From positions 42,222,001 through 42,286,000 of the forward strand of contig NC_045138.2 of NCBI RefSeq assembly GCF_008831285.2: a stretch of 64,000 nucleotides of DNA. The letters are read 5' to 3'. The stretch comes from Nymphaea colorata. Lineage: Eukaryota. The notes beneath the pieces were generated by a model. It ran no database searches. It saw only the letters and a program-made list of their open reading frames with translations, and was not told the DNA's origin. Positions within the stretch are counted from its first letter, which is position 1. Every line of letters begins with the position of its first letter. This document shows positions 52,101-63,137 of this stretch, one piece after another. The translations under genes were made by a program, and so were the position numbers.

Positions 52101-55100
52101 ATCAGACCGAAACGTCTTGACAGAATTTCCATACTGGTTTTCCACTAGGAGGATGAAAGTTTCAATAATGTGAGACACCTCACTACGATCTTTCAACAAA
52201 TACACAAAGGTACACCTTGAATAATCATCTATAAAAGTTATAAAGTATTGAAAACCACCACGAAAATGAATGCCCGAAGGCCTCCACACATCAGAATGAA
52301 CCAAGGAGAAAGCTTTATTAGAACGACTATTTGAAATTGGATAAGAAGCTCTAACATGCTTCACAAACAGACACACATCACATGATAACATGGAAATGTT
52401 TAAACTAGAACATAGTTCAGGGAACAAATGTTTCAAACTCCCAAATGAGAGATGACCAAGGCGTTCATGCCAAAACAAAAATAACTGACGACACTCTTCC
52501 TCCTTCTTCTCTGTCCTGTTGACTACTGACATAAGAGCTGTGGCAACGCGTATAGGAAGCCGATACAGCCCATCAGACACCAAACCAATCCCAATCCTCT
52601 TTCCTGTCACCAAGTCCTGCAAAACACAACGTTTTTCAGAAAATATAAGTTCACACTTTAGTTCCTTGGTAATGTTACTGACAGATAACAAATTTAAGGG
52701 AAGATGGGGAACATGTAAGACATCATGAACTAAAAAATTATTTAACAAGGAAAGACTCCATTTCCCTGCCATAGAAGTAAAGGAACCATCGGCAAGGGAC
52801 ACACGTTCCTTTCCCGAGGATAGCTTGTAGTCATGGAAAAGCTTGGGGTTGCCAGTCATGTGATGAGTGGCACCGCTGTCAACAATCCATTCACCCATAT
52901 AAGAAGTACCTTCTCCCCCTAAAACAGCCAATGCCTGATTGATCTTCACCTCATCTGGTGTATCTGTCTGACCAACATCAATCTTGCTCAAATATGCTCG
53001 TAGCTCACGAATCTGTTCTGCAGAAATAGAACCTTTCCCATCACTCAGACTTGTTGCAGACGATACAGGCTTCTTCCCACTAGAAGACCTTCCCCTACTA
53101 TCCTTCTTCTCTGGATGCAGGTCCCAACAAAAATCCCTAGTATGACCAAGTTTTTTGCAATATGTACATTTTCGAGAAGAACAAGGAGTTCCCACAGGGG
53201 CACGGCTAACATAGGCAGACTGTTCTTCCCCCTTTCGTCCACTAGAAAGCAGCCTTCTCTGTTCTTCAGCTTCAACTCGGGAATAAACATCTTCAATACT
53301 AAATGATTCGTCAGAGTTAAGAATCTGACTCCTTATATTTTCAAAGTCATCATTCAGTCCGGATAAGAAAAGGAATACCATGTTCTCCCATTTATCAGTC
53401 ATATACTGCATCTGGTCGTGAGGACACCTCCATGTAATATCAGAATGATAGTCAAGGTCCTCCCACTTAGATTTTAATGCTGCTATAAGTCTGCAACCGA
53501 GAGAGCACCTTGGCGCAGGGAATACACATATTTCATAAGTTGATACACGTGAACTTTCCTTTTCTTTTGACCATACATCTGTTCCAAAATAACCCACGTA
53601 TCCCTTGTAGTCTTCTTACGAAGAATGAGGGGTTGGATATCTGGGGACACTGAATTAACAATCCAGGTTTTTACCTGGTTGTCTTCAAGAAACCATGTAT
53701 CCCAAGCCAGACTATCTGCAGCAGGTTCAACCTTTCTCCCATTCACATAGGCAATGCGTCCTTGCCCAGCAATCCCCATAGTAATCGCAACAGACCATCG
53801 TGAATAGTTCTCCTTGGTAAGTTGAATGGTGGTAACTTGAACTGGTACATGATCAGTCTGCGCAGACACAACATCAGGTAGATTAGTATTGACGGAAGAA
53901 GAAGACGAGTCAGCCATGATCGCCAGTTAGAAGTGGCTGCCAAAGAACACACATAGCAGCAGTAACCTAGAGAAGAGGAAGCAGTGCTCGGCGGAAGCAG
54001 AGGGCGGCGCTTGGCCGCGCGCGCCGAGAACAGACGACGGCGTCGGATGTCGGCGTCGGTGTAGGCGGCAGAGTCGACGTCGGCAGTCACGACACCGGCG
54101 ACGGTCACGGCCACGGTGGGGCAGCGACGGAGGCAATGTCACGACGCGGCAACAGCGGCGGCGCAGCAACAGCAGCGGCGGCGGTGGGGGTAGCGACGGC
54201 GACGGTGGTAGCGGCGGCAGTCAGGGTTGGAACTTCACAACCCTAGAAAAACAAGATTTCGTTTTCTCCAAGTCTGACGGCTCTGATACCATGTAGAAAC
54301 AAAATATGCACGAGAGTAGAAGAAAGCACACAGATGTAACGTGGAAAACCCTCAACACGAGGGAAGAAAAACCACGGGTGAGGAGGTCTAGTGCCCACTA
54401 GACTCCAGACACTCTCTCTCTTCAAAATTTCATTAACTTTAAGATTAGGGTTTACAGAGATATAAGTAGTCCTAATTAGGACAAACCGGATCGGGTAAGG
54501 ATCCGGACCCGGACAACAAAACCCGTCAACACTATCAAAATTATGCTCATCACAAGTAACATGTCTTGAAGTCTTGATATGTTTAGTTGTTGGAGCATAG
54601 CATCGAAATCCTTTATATTCATTGACATATCCATCGAATTTACATTGAATAGCTTTGTCATTGTTTGCATTCCCAAAATTTTTTGGTTGGTTTTGGAGTG
54701 CTCCAGAAAAATGAGGTTTTGTTTTAAAATAGGAAAGAAAGGGACTAGCCCGTTAGTACGAGGATCGACCGTTCCCGGTGCCTTTACATAGGGTAATCAA
54801 CCCAAAGGCTATGTTTATCTTTAATGCATTTTGTTTTGGCTTAAACATCTTTTTCATTCTATATGCGGTGTAGAAAAATATTGAAAGTTTGATATTTCAA
54901 ACATTTGAAAAGATTCTTGAATAATTACTTGAAAATGTGAAACATTTTCAAGAAAACTAGAATTGAGAAATATCACTTAGAAAGCTTGAGAAATCATTTA
55001 AAGTCATTTTAGTGTTCTTTTAAGACTTTAAGTAGGTTTGAGATTTTGTTCCAATTCGGTTACCACCTAGTTAGAACTTCATCTCATCTTGCTTAAGTTC

Positions 55101-55672
55101 TTTTAAAGATGCGATTGTGTTCATTTGTGATATTAAGTAGAGGTGAATGCATGGATGCATTGATCTTATATGATTGGAAGAAAAATGACTCATTCCTACC
55201 ACAACATTAATTTAAAGCATTCCTACCATACATTCATCTAAATCATTCATACCACAACATACATCTAAGATTTTTGTTTTGATAAATATCATATATAAGA
55301 AAGGAAATTTTTTTTAAAATGGATTGGGGTTGCAGACCATCAAGCATGAATCTAATATTGAGTCATTACTTGTTTTGTGGTCTTAATGAAGTCGGCAAAT
55401 GAAAAATTAAAATTTTAAATGATAAAAGAAAAATATTGAAATGATGGAAAAGATGAACGACTCTCATAGAGAGAAATATAGAAGAGAGAGAAAGAGATCT
55501 TGAAAATCATAAAATTAGATATTTAAAAGAAAGAGAGATATGTATTTATATACATATATACATATATATGTATATATATACATATAGATACATATATGAA
55601 ATCTTGTGAAAATGAGGTTTAAATTAAACAGAGAGGAGAAGATCATTTTAGAAAGAGAGAGATTTAAAAACG

Positions 55673-55739
<67 letters not shown>

Positions 55740-58700
55740 TTTGTAGAAGTATGTTAAATCATAAAGAGAGAAAGACAAAGAAAGACATTCATGTGCACGT
55801 ATATGTATATAACATGTATATATACATATGTCTTTATGAGTATTAAAATCAAGAAATGACTTGAAAACAACCGACTTCAATTTTTGATATAAGCCGGAGG
55901 GGAACTTGGGCTCATGCAAGAACCTAAGTTAAGTCTCCAAGGCCGCATTAGAGAGGGTATTCTTTTGAAAATGTTTTGGAAAATATGATTTACATAAATA
56001 TAGAATGTTATTATTCCATTGGTTGCAAGGGAATATGTTTCTTCGACCGTTGGGTATGAAAGAAGTTCAAACTACACGATAAAGTGCTCATTAGGGTTCC
56101 TAATCGGATGATTAAAAAGAAAACTATCAAGCAAAATGACATGCAAATGCATATTAAAATGTACATATTTCGTGAGGGTTTTCCTCGGGTTGGACAATGC
56201 CCAACCTCAAAAATTAATATAAATACAAAAATTCTCAAACCATACTCTCATTCTCGTCATATATTCACATATAAATAGAAAACCAAACAACTATGCATGG
56301 ATAATATGTAGACAATGTTCAAGGAAGGAAAAAGAGATATGGAGATTCAACTAAGAGGAAAAACATGATTCAACTATGAAAAGAAATATCATTTCATCTT
56401 CTCATGCTTCCGATGCATTTGAGCATAGCCTCTTGACTCTAAAATAGAGATTGAGAGCTATCTTCTTTAGCCATGGGAAATTGAGGAAGAGAGAAAGAGG
56501 GGAAGTAGGGCAAGACTATTTTTAAGAAATGAAATAACATGACTCAAGAATGGAAATGAAAGATCATCTCATCTTCTCATGCTCCCAGTACACTTGAGCA
56601 TAGCATCTTGTCTCTAAGAATAGATTGAGTGCTATCTCTTTTGGCCATGGGGAGATAAAGATGAGAAGAAAGAGGGGGAATAAGGCAAGACTATTTTTAT
56701 GAAATGAAATAACATGACTCAAGCATGAAAATGAAAGATCATCTCATCTATCCTTTGGCCATGGGGATATGAAGATAAGAGAAAAATGAAGAAAAAAACA
56801 ATGCTTGAAATGATCTTGGATTTACCTTGAAAGAATCTTCAAGATAATGAAGTGGATGTCTCCAAGAGAGTTGTAGCTTGCTTCAAGTTGGAGAGAAGAG
56901 GAGAAATGGAAAGAAGAAGAGGGAGAGAGAGAGCTCAAAAGAAACTCTAAGTCTTCAAGTGAGAATACTTTAGGGTTTCTCTCAAGAGCCACTCTTACCC
57001 AAGGGGAGGGGGGGGGGAATGAGGGGTATTTATAAAAGATTTTAGAGCCAAAACCCAAAATTTGATTTTTTTTTTTTAATTTCACCCCATTTTCATCCGA
57101 ATTTCAAAGAATTTTGAATTATTTTTTTAAATTTTTAAGAAAATAGGTTTTCACTAAAGGGGGATAGGCCATTAGCCTTGCAAACACCCTTTTGAGGTGT
57201 GGGCATGGCTATTGCCCACCCAAAGAAGCCAACCCACCCCCCCCTCGGGGCAGTTTTTGCGAGGAAACAAAGGGGGGGCCTGCACTGTTGCGCACTAGGT
57301 GCAACAGCGCCCTGGTGCTTCTGTAAGGCACGTTCAGCAGCGCGCAATGTGCTGCCGTGTGACGTGCGCGAGGTCACGCTCGCAACCTCGCGCAGCGTAC
57401 TCGCAGGCACGAAATCGCGCTCGCGACGCGCGACTGTGTGTCGCGGGGGCTCTAAGATTTTTTTTTAAAACTTAAACAAAATAAAATGAAATCTAATAAA
57501 ATGAAATAAAAAAATATTGTTTATATAGAAAACCTTTTTTTATTTAAAATGTGTAAAAGAAAAGCTTTTGTTAAAAACGGACGGTCGACTCCATTTTGAG
57601 CGATTCCGAACTTGCTGCAAATCTGATTTTGGTTTAGTCGGTTGTCGACTCGTTCGAGCGTGCGACTTAGGTTCAAAACACGTTTTGGCATGAGAAATGA
57701 GTTTATAAAATAAAGGGAAGGTCTGTGCACGCGCGATGCTCAAATTTTGTCGTTTTGAATGCGATTCGAATTTTGGGTCTGAAATGCTCGATTTGGATCT
57801 GAACTCAGGTTTTGGATCTAATTTGGATCTGAAATTTGGATTTTGGATTTGAATATTGCGCCTAAATTTGGGTTTTGCGCTTGGGTAAAATAACACAATC
57901 TTTTAGAAAAATTTGGGGTGATTACAGTCATGAAACTTGTTCCTTAAGGCAGCATCAACGTGAACATAGCATACACAGCTGAAAACCTTCAATTTTTTAT
58001 AATTAAGTTGTTTGCCTAAGAGTATGATATATGGAGATTTAGACATCAATAGTGTCATAGGCGAATGATTTATTATGTATACAGTTGTATGAAAGACTTC
58101 AGTCAATAAAGAAGTGGGCTCATTAGTATCATGCATCATGCTTATGGCGTTTTCAACTATGTGTTGATGTTTGTGCTCAACCACACCATTTTCTTGTCGT
58201 GTCTAAGGGCAGGAGATTTGTCTAGTTATCCATTTTTCATGTAGAAATTCAATAAAATCGAGTGAAGAATACTCCCCCATCACATTGAAAATGCACTACA
58301 TTGTATGAAAATTTGGTTTGAATCATGGTATAGAAGTTCTAAAATATGTGGAAGTTCTAAAATATGTGGAAGTACTTCTGATTTGTGTTTCATGAAGTAA
58401 ATTTAAGTAAAACATGAGTAAGAGCCATTGAATAAGACATAATATCGTGACCTAGACATGAAATCAATAGGGGCGAGCCGGCAAACATCAGAAAAAATAG
58501 TTTCAAAAGGTTTGGAAGCCCTTTGAATATGTGCATTTCCAATATGTGTAATGGGATGAGATTTTCTATCACCTGTTATAATACAATTTCTATCATAGTG
58601 AGGGGATAATTTGGCTACACTTCCTGTCACATGGGTAGCTACACCTGAATCCAAGAACCATTCTCCCTGCTCATTTTGCTTTATAGTCATCTTGGATAGT

Positions 58701-60416
58701 GCGGTCATCAATAGTTGTTGCATATCTTTGGCGGTGGACTTAGAATTTTGTCCTCCTTGTTTGCAATCATGTCTTACCCCTTTGTTTTTATTTTGAGGAT
58801 TAAACCAGCATTGTACCTTCATGTGCTTTTTTTTGTTGCATTGAAAACATTGGGAATGCATAGGACATTGTCTCCCATGTGTCCTTTTCTCCATGTTCAC
58901 TGGAGGGAGGAACACAAAATGGTGTCTTGGTGGAACATTGCTCCCTGGTGCCCTTTTTCTCCTTGTTCAGTGAGGTTAATGGGTTGTATCATTTTTATGA
59001 TCATTGGTGTCTTAGGAAAACTAGTGATCAGGAAACTAAACATGCTTGACATGAAACAATGGGGGGTCAAAGATGTGAGATTCCACAGTTATAATGAGAT
59101 AATCAATGATAATAGGAGTGACAAACTATTCTACTTTACTTTGAAAAGTATTGGTTGTTAGGTTTAATACTTTGAAGAGTATCCTAGTCAATGGAATTTG
59201 TTGGTTGCAATAGGAGTGTAGAAAAATGGTGAAAAAAATTTGCTCATGTGTTTTCACTTTTCCTGGGGACATTTGTTTACTCAGCAGCTCACGAACAACA
59301 CAACCTTCATGTGGTCTTCGATCTTTCTCTCAGTTCTGATGAGTATGACTAAAGAGATCCATACGGCTTTTCCAATTCAATCTTAATCTACACAATCAAT
59401 CTCAAGATAATTAATTGTCTAGCTTTCAGTTGGATATTCATTGTCCTTATTTGCGACCATTTGCAGCGAAGAAAAATAGTGGGCAGACTACAAGAGACGA
59501 ATAGCAGTCACTATAAATAGAAATTTGAGATAGACAAATAACTTGATCTTTTCATGAACAACAGAAACAAGTGCAGCAACGCATGCACCATAACTTTTTT
59601 GTACATTGTCTTAAGAGTTATTATTTTTCACAGTTGACTTTGTGAAAAGTACTTTTTTTTCCTTGTCAGGTGGTGCTTGTTTATCAAGCTCCACCTAGTA
59701 GACAACAAGTGCTTTCGACTGCATTGATCAACTTTCACATCAGATGTCTGTAATGATCATTTTTTTTATCAACTTTGCTTCACTGGCTGATCATACTATA
59801 ATAGGTATCAGTACTTCATCTAGATTAGGTTGTTTTCTACTCTTTCTAGGGAAGTGCAAATGGACACTCTAGGGTAGTGTTTTGAACATCATGTTTTCTT
59901 GCGCCACTAGAACGGCTGATGTCAAAAAGAAATGTTAGGATCAAATAAACACCTCTATAAGATTGGCAGCAAATAATTTTATGAGTTTCATTGGGAAAAG
60001 CTAAAAAAGCTAAGAAGTTGGAGCAAAATAGCGAAGAAAAGGAGGCCAACAGTATGAACACAATGAATGAGAGAATTCCTCTTCTTTTGTCCTCTGTAGC
60101 CAGGCTATGTGTCTTTTTCCTAAGGAACACTTTGGAAATTGTTGTTTATCTTTGTATGTTCTGTGTTGAATATGGTGTCACTAATTTTATATATTTATTT
60201 TTTTTTCTCTTTTTGCAACCGTTTGTTACACGTTCTCAAGTAATGAACATTAATACTTTTTTTTGAACTTGCAGCTTCAGAGTAATTCTTGGAATCTATT
60301 CTGCTATTCTACTTCTAGTCTTGCTTGGGCGTGCTGCTTTTGTATTCCCACTTTCTGCTTTATCCAATTACATGAGTGCTAAAGCAGAAAACTCTAATAT
60401 TACTTTAAGACACCAG
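22306..60416 (+). CDS. NHX: Vacuolar (class I) Na+(K+)/H+ exchanger, NHX4-like; exons 1-11 of a gene continuing past the window: join(22306..22467,25108..25226,25324..25421,28611..28670,28767..28813,28931..29125,30817..30863,30946..31012,31112..31212,37362..37463,60275..60416)
   Basis: The spliced 1140 nt is open (380 aa) and carries hallmark motifs: [24 protein letters not shown] (amiloride-binding region), [56 protein letters not shown] and [10 protein letters not shown]. All introns are GT-AG except intron 9 (GC-AG). The C-terminal IWWAGLMRG exon was not found in the window. The NHX4-like call rests on WWLFPK and HYAWHN (inference). Confidence 0.95.
23505..23905. mobile_element. Degenerate foldback/MITE-like element in NHX intron 1
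   Basis: AT-rich arms at ~23596-23665 and ~23737-23812 are imperfect reverse complements (TTTTACAAAATAAAAAAAA / TTTTTTTTATTTTGTAAAA). Weaker complementarity extends out to CCAACCC / GGGTTGG. Confidence 0.5.
25108..25226 (+). CDS. NHX: NHX exon 2 (GCVTGLIIL...[15 protein letters not shown])
   Basis: Acceptor TAG|, donor GG|GTAC, amiloride-site motif. Confidence 0.95.
25324..25421 (+). CDS. NHX: NHX exon 3 ([19 protein letters not shown]...)
   Basis: Acceptor TAG|, donor CAG|GTAC. Confidence 0.95.
28267..28544 (+). mobile_element. Solo LTR (278 bp) of a copia family related to the 49074-54531 element
   Basis: TG...CA ends with a perfect TSD ATAGG (28262-28266, 28545-28549). Shares CCGGGTCYGGATCC, CCGTGGTTTTT, GTTTTCCACGT and terminal GTTTCTACA with the LTRs of 49074-54531. 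Confidence 0.85.
28611..28670 (+). CDS. NHX: NHX exon 4 ([19 protein letters not shown])
   Basis: Acceptor GCAG|, donor TG|GTAC; keeps the frame. Confidence 0.9.
28767..28813 (+). CDS. NHX: NHX exon 5 ([15 protein letters not shown])
   Basis: Acceptor GCAG|, donor CAG|GTTAG. Confidence 0.95.
28931..29125 (+). CDS. NHX: NHX exon 6 ([25 protein letters not shown]...)
   Basis: Acceptor GCAG|, donor TTG|GTGAGT; contains the conserved ND motif. Confidence 0.95.
30817..30863 (+). CDS. NHX: NHX exon 7 ([16 protein letters not shown])
   Basis: Acceptor GCAG|, donor TAG|GTAAGG. Confidence 0.93.
30946..31012 (+). CDS. NHX: NHX exon 8 ([22 protein letters not shown])
   Basis: Acceptor ACAG|, donor GAG|GTTAG. 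Confidence 0.95.
31112..31212 (+). CDS. NHX: NHX exon 9 ([34 protein letters not shown])
   Basis: Acceptor GCAG|, non-canonical donor AAG|GCAAGT. Confidence 0.93.
31565..31730 (+). repeat. GC-rich short tandem repeats (GTCGCCGCCG..CTGATCG) in the copia 5' leader
   Basis: About six imperfect copies directly after the PBS. Confidence 0.75.
32035..36285 (+). pseudogene. gag-pol of copia 31386-36444 (gag/PR open; pol with 2 frameshifts and 3 stops)
   Basis: [14 protein letters not shown] knuckle, [42 protein letters not shown]. Frameshifts at ~33933 and ~36190; stops at 34445, 34742 and 35975. Confidence 0.92.
37362..37463 (+). CDS. NHX: NHX exon 10 ([33 protein letters not shown])
   Basis: Acceptor TTCCAG|, donor CAG|GTCATG. 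Confidence 0.95.
37891..37987. repeat. Two diverged tandem copies of a ~50-bp unit (CACTCYAAGTTG...CCATTAACAACTAC)
   Basis: Seen directly. It lies at the start of an unassigned, probably TE-derived tract (~37830-39800). Confidence 0.6.
41378..41462. repeat. Exact 43-bp tandem duplication
   Basis: TGTATAACTCATCACACATGTAATGAACATTCATGATCCATC occurs at 41378 and 41421. Confidence 0.9.
41553..46420 (-). mobile_element. Older, decayed Ty1/copia (Ale-like) in NHX intron 10
   Basis: LTRs at 41553-41748 and 46227-46420 (~195 bp, about 17 substitutions plus one indel by eye). PBS TGGTATCAAAGCC (46214-46226, -). PPT TGAGGGGGAG next to 41748. Fragments [24 protein letters not shown] and [19 protein letters not shown]. 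The TSD is not cleanly preserved. Confidence 0.9.
49308..53917 (-). pseudogene. Near-intact gag-pol of copia 49074-54531 (one frameshift at ~53485, one in-frame TGA at 52056-52058)
   Basis: ORFs 53483-53917 (gag N-terminus), 52056-53597 (knuckle [27 protein letters not shown]) and 49308-51977 (INT end, RT YVDDM, RNase H). The last two are in the same frame. Confidence 0.93.
51075..51571 (-). repeat. In-frame tandem duplication in the INT-RT linker (two 236-bp copies, period 261 bp = 87 aa)
   Basis: Copies 51075-51310 and 51336-51571 are nearly identical, and the peptide [16 protein letters not shown]...[10 protein letters not shown] occurs twice. Confidence 0.95.
55675..55734. repeat. (AT)30 microsatellite
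   Basis: Uninterrupted AT dinucleotide run. Confidence 0.95.
56388..56780. repeat. ~175-bp diverged tandem repeat (about 2.2 copies) inside the solo LTR
   Basis: ATCATYTCATCTTCTCATGCT...TTGAGCATAGC...GCCATGGG...GGCAAGACTATTTTTA...AATGAAATAACATGACTCAAG is repeated. Confidence 0.8.
60275..60416 (+). CDS. NHX: NHX exon 11 ([27 protein letters not shown]...LRHQ)
   Basis: Acceptor TTGCAG|, donor CAG|GTAATG; phase matches exon 10. Confidence 0.93.
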
Positions 60417-60991
60417 GTAATGTTTCAATGGGTGGTTTTTCTTTTTTAACATGTTTCAAATGACTGGATCCATATGGTAATTCTAGAAACTGGCCAATTG
60501 GATCCAAAGGACCTAAGCCATGAGTGATTGAATTATAGATTGGGAACAAAATTATCCAATATCCATGTTAAGGTGGGATGGTTTTGCATTTGGCTCGTAC
60601 AATTTAATGGGATAAGTATGAGGTTGAGGTCTTTTATCCACATTGGACTCACAACTTGGGCCCATCAGGCAACTCCTTCCCCGTCCTCTTTCTTGAACTT
60701 TTCTTCTATTACACTTCTATTCTGCACCCTTTTGTCATGTGGGTGCATCGTTTGACCTACGTTTGTGGATGGATGTGCAGTTAAGCCCTATTAGGATCCA
60801 ATATAAGTGTAGTCCATGAGTCTGTTTCTTTATCTGTGTTTTGTTTGTGAGGGCACAATGTTAACTATTTGGTTGAGTTGACCCAAAATGTGTCTCAAGT
60901 TTAGTCCAACTTGATATTACAATCCTGTGTGTGGTCTGCGCAGGATCAACAAAGGGATGAATTTTATGTTTTAGTCACCACAACGGTTTCC

Positions 60992-61335
60992 TGCATGAAG
61001 ATTAAGAGAAGGAGAAGAAGAGTAGTCATGGTTATAGAAGACAGCGAGACATGACCTAACTCCTTGATTATATGCTGTCTTATTATCTGCATAATTCCCT
61101 TGATTATATGCTATGTTATTATTTTCACTACTGACATAAATGCCCTAACAACGTTTAAGAATAACACATTGATATCCAATACAAAGGCATCCAATGTTGT
61201 TACCACATCCCACCAATATAATTAGAAATTTGAACACAAGAACTGATCTGATCCATATCCAAGAAGCAATCATATATGTAGACTAACAGCCTTCCTCAAG
61301 TTGTACATGGTCTTAGAAAATGTACAATTTACTGT
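60992..61335 (-). mobile_element. Truncated copia 3' end (putative LTR plus PPT) in NHX intron 11
   Basis: ...CTAACA followed by GCCTTCCTCAAGTTGT (61289-61304), the same PPT and ORF-end sequence as at 47275. The left boundary is uncertain. Confidence 0.5.
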
Positions 61336-61787
61336 CAATTCTTTTGCGAACAATGAGCCACTCAATGTTTTGTATATATGAACTGAGGCTCAATCTCCTT
61401 GTCTTGAAACTTCATGTTTGTGTGCTTCATGTTTCAATGCTATAGTTCTATGTCACATGAGTACGAGTGTGGGTGCAGACACAAGTGCAAATCACGTTAA
61501 AAAATCATAGGAACAGAACACAGTCATACGTTCATAAACTCACACAATGTGCGTGTGTGTATAGGACTTGAAATTAACCAGCTGCTGAATGTAGCCACAT
61601 GGTTTTTTTTTTGTCACTAAAAACCATCGCCAGAGGTGCATTAGTAACGGCAATTGCTTAGTTGTAGTTTTTAGCAATGGAATACATCTTTTGTAATGGT
61701 TTTTAATGACACAAATAAAAAGCAAAAAAAACTATCCAGCTACATTTGGCAGCTAACTGATTTTAGTCTCTCCCCCCCCCCCCACCC

Positions 61788-61819
<32 letters not shown>

Positions 61820-62953
61820 ACTGATTTTAGTCTCTCCCCCCCCCTATATATATATATATATATACATACATACATATATATATATAGTGGGAAGTGGGAA
61901 GTAAAAGTCCCTCTGCCAGCTGAAGCACCAAATCCTCTACCCTAAGGTATAGAGGGGGCAAAAGCATGTTTGTCCCAACACATATCTTCTACATGTCCCG
62001 ATTTTCCATAGTAAGTGCACTAAAATAGTCCTCTGCCCCTTGGACCATGACTTGAGCCTCTTCCCCTTGATGCTTGTCCTCCACGCCCTCCAGACACGGC
62101 TAAGCCTGTGGCAGGAGCATCACTCTGAGGCTGAGAGAGATAGATAGCCAATCTATTGAGTCTGTTATATGCCTCAAAGATCTGGAATCTTTGCTCCAGT
62201 AAGCACCTGTATTTTAGATACCTCAAACTTAGGTGACAAGTCAGCCAATAACTTTGCCACCATTGTCTGCTCGAAATGAGTCTTGTAGCATGCCTGAAAA
62301 GGAAGTCAAAGGGCCTTCATCATTCATACGCTGTTTTAACTGAAGCAAAGTATTGAGATAATTCCAGGTCAACCTGTTGCGGTTTGAGAAGTTCCTCCCC
62401 AACTTTTAAAATTTTTGAAACATTCTTGTCATGATAAGAGGTCTGCCTCAAGAATGTCAACATGTGTTTGGCAGTCGTGTGTTAAGCAAGGGGTAGGAGA
62501 AATATTGAACACTTTTCATAATCCATGACATAACGATGCTATTATCTTCTTTTCATCATTGTTTTTAACAGTTGGTTCATCTTCTTCAATCACATGGTCT
62601 TTTTGATGTCCTATCACAGAGATCATGAACACGCACAACCAAATTTCATAGTTTTAACCATCTAATTTAACATTAGAACCATGAGAGAAGGGGTTCTCAA
62701 CAACTTGGTATTCATTATGGATCTCAGTCTAAGTATTATCTGCCACACTAGGCTGCTGTCCAAAATCCCTCCGAGTTTAAAAGGATCAGAACTCCATAAG
62801 TTGACTAGAAGATGCAGCAGAAAATAGATACTTCTCACGGAATGACTAGAAAAATGCAGCAGCAAATAATTCAGAACTGCACAGCTAGACTAGATGATGC
62901 TGCTGCAAATAAAACCTTCCTGCTGATCCAAAAAAAATACAAACTTATAAGGT

Positions 62954-63137
62954 AGGCACCTCCACACGACCTGGGTCATCGACTTATAGGGCAGAAAACT
63001 GGTCCACAGCAGGCACCTCCACACGACCTGGGTCATCGACTTATAGGGCAGAAAACTGGTCCACAGCAGGCACCTCCACACGACCTGGGTCATCGACTTA
63101 TAGGGCAGAAAACTGGTCCACAGCAGGCACCTCCACA
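62954..63137. repeat. 57-bp minisatellite, 3 identical copies plus a partial
   Basis: AGGCACCTCCACACGACCTGGGTCATCGACTTATAGGGCAGAAAACTGGTCCACAGC at 62954, 63011 and 63068. Confidence 0.95.

Larger units (their letters stand above)
49074..54531 (-). mobile_element. Young full-length Ty1/copia nested in the older copia
   Basis: 240-bp LTRs at 49074-49313 and 54292-54531 (5 mismatches). TSD CTATC (49069-49073, 54532-54536). PBS TGGTATCAGAGCC (54279-54291, -). PPT TGAGGGGGAG next to 49313. Confidence 0.97.
54662..57926 (-). mobile_element. 3265-bp solo LTR, probably Ty3/Gypsy, inserted in the integrase of the old copia
   Basis: TG...CA ends with imperfect terminal inverted repeats (TGTTTGCATTCCCAAAATTTTT / AAAAATTTGGGGTGATTACA) and a perfect TSD GTCAT (54657-54661, 57927-57931). 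No coding motifs. TATAAATA on the minus strand at ~57027-57034 is followed by a pyrimidine-rich tract. The Gypsy assignment rests on size and termini only. Confidence 0.8.
46984..59400 (-). mobile_element. Old Ty1/copia host element (3' LTR ~46984-47274, RH, RT, INT, PR, gag; 5' LTR not found) carrying two nested insertions
   Basis: PPT TTGAGGAAGGC at 47275-47285 (-), [13 protein letters not shown] (47269-47520) and RT remnants (47900-48700). Removing both nested inserts restores [26 protein letters not shown]...[17 protein letters not shown]. Also [13 protein letters not shown] and [14 protein letters not shown] (58403-58915). Outer boundaries are approximate. Confidence 0.85.

Noticed and set aside
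55515..55919. 134-aa ORF with YIYIYI run
   Set aside because: Translation artefact of the (AT)n microsatellite within the solo LTR.
62954..63137. Regular repeat superficially like a CRISPR array
   Set aside because: The units are directly adjacent with no unique spacers, the context is eukaryotic, and there are no cas genes.
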